This document shows, one piece after another, positions 13,601 through 26,500 of a DNA stretch of 64,000 nucleotides. Within the stretch, counting starts at the first letter, position 1, and every line of letters begins with the position of its first letter. Position numbers and translations under genes: made by a program. The notes under the pieces are model-generated. The model was not told where the DNA came from, did no database searches, and worked only from the letters and a program-made list of their open reading frames with translations. Source of the DNA: Balanoglossus misakiensis (Eukaryota; Animalia; Hemichordata); contig CM082594.2 of assembly GCA_040954595.2 (NCBI GenBank), positions 2,312,247-2,376,246 of the forward strand, in the 5' to 3' direction.

Positions 13601-16600
13601 ACACTTATTTATGACAAAATGGCCAAAAATGGAAGAAAAACGAAAATTCCTGCAATTTTTAAAAAAGTGCAATATTTGAATGAAAAAGGAAAATATAATG
13701 TCTCAGCGGTGTACATTTACTTCCATGGGCTCAAGTGGATAAGATTATGTTTTGTTTAAAAAGTTTCATAACCAGAAATGCAACGTTTTCGTTGTTTTTT
13801 GCATTTTCCCACGGTGGCGGCCATAATCGCTTGCGGCAAAGCTTTATTATTTATCTGGTTAGAACTTGCATATGCACTCATATTTAGGGTTTATAATGCT
13901 TGTGTTTAGTTCACTGCCTTCATCTGCATAGACTAATGGTAGTACAGTTTGAAACAAAAATTATGAAAATTATCCCAAAAGTTGCAGCTTACGTGCCTTT
14001 AACATTTTTGATTTCATAGACAATGTCTCAATGTTTAAATGCACACACTGACAACAACAGTGGAAGCAAGTTTTCTTGAGCTCTGAGTCGGCATTAATTT
14101 TAACCCTATCACCACCGTCTAACTCCATTGTTTTCTACGGTTAGGTTGACCATCAATTTTTTTCCATCAACCAAAATTGATTTGACATTAAAATTAATGA
14201 AGTCTCTCCCCCGCTGCCCTCTTTCCATTAATTATGTTCCATACAAGACAACACTTATATTAATGTACATGTGTATATGTAGTGAATGAACGTTCAACCA
14301 CACACAACTTCCATCCCGCTTGTATGATATGAGAGTAAAAACTCGTCAAAAATGAATAAATGGTAAAGAACGATTATTCACTTTGGTGAGTCTTTCACTC
14401 TCGGGTCTACAATTGGGATTGAAGTTGTGTGTTGTTAGACGTTGATTTACTATATACCCACATGTACATTATCATAAACAGTGTCTTGTACCAAACATAA
14501 TTAAGAGGAAAGGGGCAGCGAAAGAGAGACTTTGACCCTTTAATCACTCAGTTAATGGCTTTTATCAACAAAATAAATCTGTCTTCTCTGTCAGTTTTTA
14601 TCTGACTTCCCTGACCTCAAAATAACTTGTCCCCTCTGTGTAAATAAGTTTGGTTGACATGTTATGTTGATAAAACTACAAATCTGTGTGCGGTCAACTG
14701 TAATTTTCGCATAATCACTTTGAAATAAGATAAAGGGCAAAAAGAAAATAAGGAACTTTTTCTTCAATAATTGAATTTTGGTTGGTACCTGGAATTTTTA
14801 TTAACTGTGAGAAAAATTGGAAACTTTAAAAATATCTGAATATTTGTGAAAGGCAATTCAATGAATATTTTTTCACTTGGTTTGTCTACTTTTCATTGTT
14901 CCTTTGGGGTATTCCAAACTGGAGGTATGTTTTTATACAGACAGTTGAATGTATATAATAATAAAAATAATTATTGATGATGGTCTTGTGCATTATTTAC
15001 TTAAACTTTCACAAAGTAGTAAAATATAGCAATATTAAAATGTAATTTTTGATATTTCTGACCTAGATTCTTGAATTTTCTAGCAACAGACTACGTGTGC
15101 AACAAAACAGTTAATTTTTGGAGTGGTCTACAGGTACACACCAGTAATCATACTATTGTTACAATGATAACCCTGTTCTGACCCCAAATCACATGATGTA
15201 GTAATTGCTATCACAAACGCACAATCTCCTACACCAGTCACTTGATAGTTAGGGGAGAACCATTTGATTTGGGGGGGAGGATTTTTTTGAAGAAAATCTA
15301 TTTCTTCTGTACAGCCTCGAAGAAAAAGGTGGACCAGCAGTGCAATATAAAAATTTCCTGTCACAGTGGCTGGGAAAAATTGCTCACATGCTGTAATTAT
15401 CCACCACCCCCTCCCCAAAAATCAAATGGTTTCCCCCTTACCTTAGAATTGATGCACTCTCAATATACATTATCATATCACATAAGATAAAGGTACAAAA
15501 TGTACTTTGCTACGAACGGTTCAAGGGGTTAAGAGAGTACATTGTAACTGATACATGCAATGCACATACAAGATGTCGGCAGGCAGTAGGTTTCTAAGAG
15601 AAGTCGGCGAGGATTTGTGTTGTTCCATCTGTCTGGAGTTGTTTGAAACACCTAAAGCGTTACCATGTCTGCACACATTCTGTCAACGGTGTTTAGTCGC
15701 TCTGGTTGCAAACACAAGATCTCTAACCTGTCCAGAATGTCGACAGCAATATCGACTTCCTGGTAACGGAATTCCAGGATTCAAAACCAACTTTTTAATT
15801 GCAAAGTTGACAGAATCATTCAAGCAACGACAACTAGAAACTGCTTTGTGCATCTCAAAGTGTACAGTTGAAAACACTCCAAAACAACTTCTGAAAGGTG
15901 ACTCTGCACACCTGCTGATCACAACCAGAGATTCCACAGGAAAACAAGTCCTCCCAACACAACCAGTGAAAGCCAAGGTAAGAAAACCTGATGCATCATG
16001 GGAAGACATCAAAGTATCAGATAACAGAGATGGTACACACAGAGTGACAGTGAATGGACAAATGGATGGGAAGTATCAAGTTGCCATGACAATAGGAGAT
16101 CAGGCAATACCAGGCTCTCCTGTCATCATACCTGTCATCAAAAGATTGGTTCAAACCATTGGCAGTAGAGGAAGTGCTGAGGGACAGTATGACAATCCCT
16201 GGAGCGTGGCCATAAACAAAGACAAAGACATTGTCACCACTGATACATACAATAACAGATTACAAATAACCACCAGAGAGGGCAGAGTGAAGAAAATCTT
16301 GAAATTTACACAATTTGACAAACCTTTCAGGCCGCGTGACATAACTATATCAAGTGACAATACGCACTATAGTTTAGATGACAACAATATGCAAGTAGTT
16401 GTCAGTGATGAGAATGGACGTGTCATCAGATGCTTTGGTCAGAATGAGCTGAAAGATCCATTTGGGATATCTATCAGCCCTGTCAATGGTAATGTCTATG
16501 TGACAGACAAGGGTGGGCAATGTGTCAGGATTTATACACAACATGGCAAGTATATAAGGTCATTTGGATCAGTAGGTGAAAGTCAGGGGAAATTCCATTG

Positions 16601-17435
16601 GCCCTGGGGAATAGTAGTGGGAAGAAGTGGGATGGTGTTTGTAGCAGATTCTGATAACATGTGTATCCAGGTGTTCAATTCAGATGACCAGCCTTTGTAT
16701 TCCTTTGATTGTCAGAGTGGGGATGGTCAGCTGAGAGACCCCAGGGGAATAATCATTGAGAATGATAAATATGTGTATGTTAGTACTGACAGCCCGAGTA
16801 GCATACTGAAGTTTGAGAGTGGTGGTAAGTTTGTTTGTCGTATTGACAGAGATGAAGATCAGTTGTACAGCCCCACTGGTATGGCACTGACAGATGATGC
16901 ACCTTGCAGGGTGGTTGTAGCTGTTACAAGCAGCCATTGCATCAAAGTGTTTGAACAGTGACACTAAAAACATCACAAGACGAAGCAGACTATATTTCAA
17001 ATACTACAAACTGTGGATGAGAATTCTTTGTAATGAGTGACTGACTACCCATGTTGGTGTAACTCACAGAGTTAGTGAGTTATTTCACACATCCTGAAAT
17101 ATTTTACTTCTGCTTATAGGTGGTCAAATCATACTGTGACATTGCATTTCGGGTAAAATTCACCTACAAGTTGAAACAGAGTGTAGTGGTCATTAATCAC
17201 CACCTAACTGAGTGTAAATATGTTATAAGAATTACTGCTTTGGTTTAGTCTAAGTTACCCGATCTAAAATCTGCCATTCAGTAAATCTGTATAATTTTTT
17301 GTAACAATTATAATAGCTGTGTGGGTTTTTTTTTTTGCCCTGCATACAGGTCTGTGTATGCGTGTGTTCCCGGCGTTACACGTGGTGCAGGCCGGGAACA
17401 CACATACCTGAATGCAGGGCTAACATACATACATT

Positions 17436-17502
<67 letters not shown>

Positions 17503-20500
17503 AGGTTATTACAAAAATATGACTGAGAATGATTTATAAAGCATATTGCTTGATATGTAGCTGAGGGTGACATGCAGAATTAATACCTATAAGCATACAT
17601 GTATCCTTTGCTGAGCAGCATTAACACTTTTGTCATAAAAGCATATTCACATTTGTGTCTACCAATTTCAGATGCTAGAATGATCCACCACCACAGGGTC
17701 TGCAGCCATCACTACAGTGCAATCATCTTCAGTACTTCATCAATAACCCAGAACCTGGGCAATTCTATTTCCATGCATTGCAGAACAGTCTATAGCATCG
17801 ATAGCAAAGAATTAAACTACACTTCAAAGTTTATACAAAGTTTATATGTCCTCCTTATGTTTTCAACTCGACCTTTCAAATAGTCCAACATACCGCAAGC
17901 CACATTGAAACCATTTCAAACTACACTTTGAGCCATCATTTTCTGTCAGTTACAGGCCCAACAAATGAAATGAAATGTGATCAGCTCTCCATTTAGCAAG
18001 TGCTGTTGGAATGTTTGAGTGAAAATAGTTTGTGTTGTCCTATACTGATAGTTGCATAATCGGCAGTTGGCCAGTACCAGATCTGATTACCATGTTTACC
18101 AGTAATCAGCGGAGGGGGGAGGGTTGGTCATGAATTGTAATCTCTAAAAATACGTCATTTAGCCAATATGTTGTGTGTGTGTGCCTTGAAGCACCGTCCT
18201 GTCGCTACATTCATGAAACAGTTCAGGTGTCAATGACTGTCATTTTGTCAAATAGCGTTTCATTTGGTGACTTAATATTTGGGATAATTCCAAATTGACA
18301 ATAACTAAAAAACATACATCGCACATGTAAACTAAAAGATTTAAAAATAAGCTTTTGGTTGGAAATGTACAATAAATCCTCATGGTAGCAATCTTTCGGA
18401 ATTTTAACCACGTGACGGACACTTTGCATAAAAATGTATGCACACTTGGGTCTGGTAACAATTTTGTACAGATAATGTAGATGAATGGGACAAAATGCTT
18501 TGCATTTTAAGTGTTTGCCATTCAGCATTGTTCCATCCAATTCAATGACAATGATTTAAATATCAATGGCCATTAATCATGTATCCGGCCCATTCACTAC
18601 TTGAAATGAAAAAGCTTTTCTTCGCATTATTATAACACATTATATAAACATATTACAATGTTCATTCTAACTTGATCGTACATGTTTGTGAATGTCATAT
18701 AATGCGCATTTTAAATAAAACGTTGTCATTTTCGATCCGACTTTCTCATCAACAGGTTCGTTGACAAAAGTCTTCTCTGTTCGAGATTCAGGTAAGGTGC
18801 AAGTGACTTATTCATATTTTGTACCAAGTTTTGTAGATTTAAAGTTAACCGTACACACGTTTTTTTGGACAGTATAGGGCGATAGTCAGTGGGAGACTTT
18901 TTCTGGTGCTTGTGCTGAACACAGAAGCGCATCCAAAATCATGCCGTGGGTTGCAATAATACCTTCAAATCTCAGAAAGTAGTTCTCTCTCAAAACCAGG
19001 TGTTGAAGTAGAACTTCTTAAGACAAACTTGGAATCTTTGTTTTTCTCTCGGTAAATGAAACTTATTGTTTAGTATTTTGGGTGTACGTCTAAGAATATA
19101 TTTGCCTAGGCGACCGTGGCTTGAAATGATTACTGAGTCAAGCAAGGTCTTAGTGCCACTCCCAAATAGCCGACCGCACGCTTTATAAGCATGAGTTTTT
19201 AATAAATGTGTGAAATATAATTATTCCAACCCCACCGTTTTTGCTGGGGTAAATTAATCAAGGTACACCAAATATTCAGATTCGTACATATTAAACAATG
19301 ATACAGAAATGAAAACCAACCAATCACGAGAATGAAACAAAATATGTGAAGTGCAAAAGCTACATATTCGTAATACAAATACCATTTTGATGAAAAAAAT
19401 ATTTCATTGTTAATTAATGTGTCATTCTGTCCATATTGTTTCTCTAGGACGATTTTTTTCACCGTCATCGGCATTGCAACTGTTAGATTATCGGCCCCCA
19501 GTTTATCTCCAGCAAAGTAAAAAGCTGTCGTCATCATATTGTCCGTCACCAAGCCATATACAGTAAAGAAATAGGACAAAAATGTTCCTTGCCATTCTAC
19601 GTGCTCAGGCAATCACCAAAGCCCCAGTGCTTGCAAGACATGGGAAGTTCGCAGCAGCCATGCAAATACCGCGATTCATCACTTCACAGGGCACAAATGA
19701 TCGCACAGCACTGGCGCCATATATCCGGAAAATGAACGCGCCCGAACGTTTGTTCGACGTCTTGTCGGAATACCGTCTCTGGCCCGTTGTAATACACTTG
19801 CAATTGAATTGCAAAGTTGAAATTACTAAGGACATTGTTCACAAGGCACTTGATAACCTACGTAAGAAACATAGTGCATTGAGTTCAAGAGTTATCGTTT
19901 TGCACGATGAAGACGGCAGAGAAACCGACAGGTGTTTCGCAGAGATGACAAACGGCGGAAGTGTTGATCTTCGTGTTTCAGGTCTAACCGTGAACGACGA
20001 TGTGGGAACTGCCATTTCTCGATCTGGAAGCAATGCCATCAACCGCCTCCAAGGCCCTTTGTGGAACTGTACAATCTTACAAGGAGAGTGGACAAAGAAT
20101 GACACTGGCGATCGTGAGTCGTACAAGGCTGCTGTGACGTTTCAGTTTCACCATTCACTTACAGATGGTGTTGGTGCCAGTAGCTATGTGAATCAATTCG
20201 TGGAAAATCTAAATGACATTGTGGACGGATCCTTTGAGACAAACATTCAGCAAAGAATTCAGAGAGTACCGTTTCCTCGACCAGCTCAAGATTTGATTGC
20301 AACACCAGAGACTATAAGTGTAACTGAGAAAGACAACGATAAAATGCTGGTGGAATCGGCACAACCATCAGGCTTTTCAGATATTTCTGATGATTATGAC
20401 ACGAATGTCGAAACAAAATGTATTACTTTTGAGATATCCGAGAATTTGCTATCAAAATTGAAGCAACTGACAAGACAACACAATGTTAATCTCAATTCAA

Positions 20501-23500
20501 CATTATTAGCATTGTTTTTATCAGCTTTTGCTAAAATAGTTAACAATGGAAAACCCATGGATGTTAAGTTGGATGTTGCCCGCACATTGCGAAAGAATTT
20601 CAAAGAAAATTTTACAGATTTGGGTCTTTACAACACTACAGAAAAATTGACAACAAATGTAAATCAAGCCTCGATTGGGGATGAATATTTCTGGAAACTG
20701 GCAAGGCGACTTAAAGAAAATCTTGACGATAGAGTATCGGGTCCACCACCAATATCACAGTTAACAGAATTCCAGTATGACAGAACTAGGGAATTAATCC
20801 AGCTTGCTAAACAGCAAAACAATCCAATTAAAGATACCTTATACATATCTAATGCAGGACAGCTTACTTTTCTGGAATGTCACAATGATCGCAAAGTCAG
20901 TGTTGAGAAAATCCATAGAGGGACGAGGGGTACACTCTTAGGCACTTGCGCGATAGGAATCGCAGGCTTAAGTGGCAAACTTATGGTGTCGTTACAATAC
21001 GATACAAATAATGACATGCATAGACGTGGTACGGCAATGTTATACACAGAGGAAATTAAAAGGATGTTTGAAAGCATTTCATTAGTTTAAAAGGAACAAG
21101 TCTTTCTCTCTCGCTGCCCCTTCCATTAATTATGTTTGATACTAGACACCGTTTGCTTAATGTACATGTGTATATGTATTGAATGATCGTTCAACCATAA
21201 ACAACTTCCATCCCGTTTGTTGACATGTGAGTAAACGACTTGCCAAAATGAATAATCGATCTCTACCATTTATTCATTTTTGCGAGTTTTTTACTCTCTT
21301 GTACTTTGCAGTACAAGATATATTGTTTCTATAAATGTGTCAATAAATCTGAAGAAAACCAGACAACTGGCTGTATTGTGAGCTGTATAGACCAAACATG
21401 AGACTTAGTCGTTGTGAAAAGACTATTTGTGAAGTATGCATGCTAATGAATCATTTTCCAAAAACTCTCCTCATGATAATCAGAAATTCGTGATCATATT
21501 GTATTCGGTGAGTGACACTTTCTTTTTTGGCTAAATAGCGATTTTGATTATAGAAAAAATACTTCTGTTAGACATTTTATTTTCATGGCAACATTTTCCG
21601 ATAGACGTGAAGACCTCACGTAAATCACCCCAAAATTGGAATACGTGTGTATAACGGTTTTGTTTGAATTTAGAAAATGTTGTAAAATTCTGTAAATAAG
21701 GTTTTCGTCTTATTTAATTCCCAGAAACGTTTTTACAATGCAAATATTCTTGATATTTTAATATTATGAAATAGGTAAAATTATGGGTATAGAATCTTAT
21801 ATGTTTACTTCAAGAAATGTGGATTGTAATTCTAATGGAAATGTTATTTTAGAATATAACAAGGTGTAGATATCTTGACAAACATTATACTTCAGTGAAC
21901 ATTTTTACTCATGTATTTTTGATTTTAAAGTACATTATGCTTCTTATTAAACATTATACTTCAGTGAATATTTTACTTCCTGATTGGTACTCATGTATTT
22001 TTGATTTTAAATTTTGTATAATATAATAAATGTTATCAAATGCCTAGATTCACGTGCCCATGTAAAGTCTATGGGGAAAAGCGCCCTCACATCCGCGCAG
22101 TTTTTTTTTTTTTTTTTGCTTATCACGCCCTGGGCCAGTGACCATATTTGGAAGACGTGTTCAATATCCGGATGTAGTTTTGTGTTTATTGCGCGAGATT
22201 CGAAAGTTGTCGTTGCTACGTTCTGATTTAAATTTTTCTGGTGCGATGTCAGTGACTAGTGTTGCACTTGCAGTGTGTGTATGTCCTATGGTGATGCCAC
22301 AACCGAATTCCATAATCTCCCCTAATCGTTGCATGTTGTAGAGCTTTATTTGGAAATGTAAAAGTTAGTAATATTGATGATTTGATCTGATTAATGTGGG
22401 ACTGTTGGCATCGATCGTTGCAAGGAAAAAATAATACCTAGCTCGCGCGCAGCTGTGTGAGTTCGAGCGCGTCTATATCTAACGTGCAACAGAATGTAAA
22501 CAAATGACATCATGCATATCAATCCGCAAACAGAAGGAATACGGCTCTATGTTACGCGATTGATCATTTCAAAACAACAGTTAAACAAGTAATATTTACA
22601 TTCCAAAATATTACACAATGTGTATTTAATTAATTTCTTGTAGATCATCATTGTTCAATAAGGCATATGATAAAACCTTTACGGCCCAGATACGTGTTTT
22701 GTGGCACCTTGGTCGTACGGCCATTCGGGCCCTCCCTGCCTTCGGGCGCTTCCACCGAACGACCCCGGGCCCCAAAACCCTGTCATCAAAAGAATGGTTC
22801 AAACCATTGGCAGTAGAGGAAGTGCTGAGGGACAGTATGACAATCCCTGGAGCGGGGCCATAAACAAAGACAAAGACATCGTCACCACTGATACATACAC
22901 TATCAGATTACAATTAAAGCTGCAAGCAGCATTGAAGGGGCCCAAGCAAAGAGATAATAACCATTAGACTCCATTCAGGGTTGTACCATTCAAATGCGTA
23001 GACTGTATTTGCTCTGGATATAGAGATATGGGGAAGTAGGCAACCACCCGAAATGGATGTCTTACAAGTACAAACACAACAACCAAAGGTGAACTTCTAC
23101 GTTGTAAGTACTTCAGTAAGTATACTTCAAAGGTCAGCTGAGGGTACCCAAAAATTGGGCCAAAAATTAGGATTCTTATTTGGTTCATATTCAAGACAAC
23201 GGAAAATCCTCGCTATTTGGGTTTGTCAAATTAGATATGGCCATAAAAATGAGTTACAAAGTCAAGTAAGTTACAGGTGGCCCCAGGAATTTAGCATTTC
23301 ATGACACAGAGGGTCCTACCCTACCCCTCCAAACACCTGGCTATATATGATGTGCGTGCTAACATATGGAAAGCAGGTCAATGGACACCTGAGGTCACCC
23401 AAAAATTTGTCAAAAAATTGTCATTCCTGTTTATGTCATGTGCAACAAATCCAACATTTGCAGCCCTTTCACTTTGCCTACCATTACGTATGCACGTAAT

Positions 23501-26500
23501 ACATGAATCTAGCAGGTGTCGCAGGTATCCCTCTGTATTTGGCATTTCATGATAGTTTCATCCCTCCAAATACCAAAGCTGCATCTGTACAACGGGCTGA
23601 GATATGGCACTGTACGACAGAGGTTATCCAAATCAACTTAAACATTTGGGCAAAAACAAACTGACACTTACATTCCTCCCTGTGGAACAAAAACCACACC
23701 TATTGCCCTGTTGGTTAGTGTCCAATTAAATGTACAAAAGAAATGACTTACGCAGGTGCAACAGGTGACCCCGCCTTTGGTATATCATTATGGTCCCATC
23801 CGTATATGCCCCCCCCCCCCCCCCCACGCCAAAGCTGCATGCATCTGCTGTGGATGCTCACTAAGCAAAAGTAGGTGAAATGTCACATTAGGTCGCCCAT
23901 AACTTTACAGGAAAATCGGACTTCATATTGATCCATGTGCAACAAATACCACACTAGCATCCCTTTCATTGACCCCACAATTACGCATGCACATAATTGA
24001 GTTACGCAGGTGTCACAGGTGACCCCCGAATCGGGCGTATTATTTTGGTCCCATACAGCTGCATGAAGCTGTGTGCCATTGCGGGCGACCTGATAACCCC
24101 CACGGCCACCTGCGGGCCAACCCCCCTACTGCCCTACTGAACGTTCAGTTGCAACGTCACAACTGAAGTAGGAACTTTTGAACGGCAACGACGCCTGATC
24201 TCTGATTATTGCTGGTACCATACTCCCTTCGTGCAAGAAAATCACTGGTGTGCTGACGTATTTCGGCCACATTAGCGACTGAGGGTCAAAGTCCGCTGCC
24301 GCATTACATTGAATGTTAACCTGTGTAGCCGGGTCTGGATAGAAACATTTGAACGGCAACAGCTAACAAACTCAGCGTAATTCAATAAAACGCCCTAACA
24401 CAGCCTGAACTCCGATAATGTGTTATCCCAAAATTCATTCCGTGGAAAATAATCACTGGTCTGTTTACGTATTTCAGCCGATTTTCCAAGGACTACTGCA
24501 ACCCGCCAGAAGTGAGTAGCCTGCTAATGAGACCTCCACAACATTACGTAATGACGGTCAAAGTCCGATGCCCCAGTGTCCGTCCTCAAAATGCGAAAAA
24601 ATATTACAAAAATCTTCTTCTCAAAATCGACGTGGCCTAGGACCTTGAAATTTGGCACAGGGGATTTTGGCCACATGGTCCACAAAAATCACGAAAAGAA
24701 TGTACATGCCCCCATTAACGTGCAAATTAGGTCAATTTGAAAATTTCGCTCGATTATAGCCACAAAGTCACGTGACTAATTACAAATTCAAAGGGCAGGT
24801 GCACCAGTACTCATGGGCCCCAACCACCATGCCAAATTTGGTAGGCGCAGCTGCCGGAATTTCAGAGAAAAACGGGCGCAAAAAAACGACTCAAGAAGAT
24901 GGAAGAAAAACTCCAGCAATAACAGAAGGGGACCAAGCGCCTGAGGGCGCTTGGTCCCCTAAATAACCACCAGAGAGGGCAGAGTGATGAAAATCTTGAA
25001 ATTTCCACAATTTGACAAACCTTTCAGGCCGCGTGACATAACTATATCAAGTGACAATACGCACTGTAGTTAAGATGACAACAATATATGCAAGTAGTTG
25101 TCAGTGATGAGAATGGACGTGTCATCAGATGCTTTGGTCAGAATGAGCTGAAAGATCCATTTGGGATATCTATCAGCCCTGTCAATGGTAATGTCTATGT
25201 GACAGACAAGGGTGGGCAATGTGTCAGCATTTATACACAACATGGCAAGTATATAAGGTCATTTGGATCGGTAGGTGAAAGTCAGGGGAAATTCCATTGG
25301 CCCTGGGGAATAGTAGTGGGAAGAAGTGGGATGGTGTTTGTAGCAGATTCTGATAACATGTGTATCCAGGTGTTCAATTCAGATGACCAGCCTTTGTATT
25401 CCTTTGATTGTCAGAGTGGGGATGGTCAGCTGAGAGACCCCAGGGGAATAATCATTGAGAATGATAAATATGTGTATGTTAGTACTGACAGCCCGAGTAG
25501 CATACTGAAGTTTGAGAGTGGTGGTAAGTTTGTTTGTCGTATTGACAGAGATGAAGATCAGTTGTACAGCCCCACTGGTATGGCACTGACAGATGATGCA
25601 CCTTGCAGGGTGGTTGTAGCTGTTACAAGCAGCCATTGCATCAAAGTGTTTGAACAGTGACACTAAAAACATCACAAGACGAAGCAGACTATATTTCAAA
25701 TACTACAAACTGTGGATGAGAATTCTTTGTAATGAGTGACTGACTACCCATGTTGGTGTAACTCACAGAGTTAGTGAGTTATTTCACACATCCTGAAATA
25801 TTTTACTTCTGCTTATAGGTGGTCAAATCATACTGTGACATTGCATTTTGGGTAAAATTCACCTACAAGTTGAAACAGAGTGTAGTGGTCATTAATCACC
25901 ACCTAACTGAGTGTAAATATGTTATAAGAATTACTGCTTTGGTTTAGTCTAAGTTACCCGATCTAAAATCTGCCATTCAGTAAATCTGTATAATTTTTTG
26001 TAACACTTATAATAGCTGTGTGGTTTTGTTGTTTTTTTTGCCCTGCATACAGGTCTGTGTATGCGTGTGTTCCCGGCGTTACACGTGGTGCAGGCCGTGT
26101 AACGCCGGGAACACACAGATCTGTATGCAGGGCTAACATACATACATTGTACACACGCACACACACACACGCACGTGCGAGGTTATTACAAAAATATGAC
26201 TGAGAATGATTTATGAAGCATATTGCTTGATATGTAGCTGAGAGTGACATGCAGAACTAATACCTATAAGCATACATGTATCCTTTGCTGAGCAGCATTA
26301 ACACTTTTGTCATAAAAGCATATTCACATTTGTGTCTACCAATTTCAGATGCTAGAATGATCCACCACCACAAGGTCTGCAGCCATCACTACAGTGCAAT
26401 CACCTTCAGTACTTCATCAATAACCCAGAACCTGGGCAATTCTATTTCCATGCGTTGCAGAACAGTCTATAGCATCGATAGCAAAGAATTAAACTACACT

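Larger units (their letters stand above)
16133..22780 (+). repeat. Tandem segmental duplication, unit 1 (NHL half of the TRIM gene plus the acyltransferase gene)
   Basis: Near-identical to 22781-32685 once two insertions are removed; junction AAAACCC|TGTCATCAAAAG with CC microhomology. Confidence 0.92.

Noticed and set aside
14100-15531. Possible piggyBac-type element TTAA|CCCT...GGGG|TTAA ending just before the TRIM start
   Set aside because: TIR similarity beyond the terminal bases is weak and there is no second copy or empty site to confirm it.
25088-25660. 190-aa NHL-only ORF as a functional gene
   Set aside because: It is the remnant of a truncated, disrupted duplicate, with no promoter or expression evidence.
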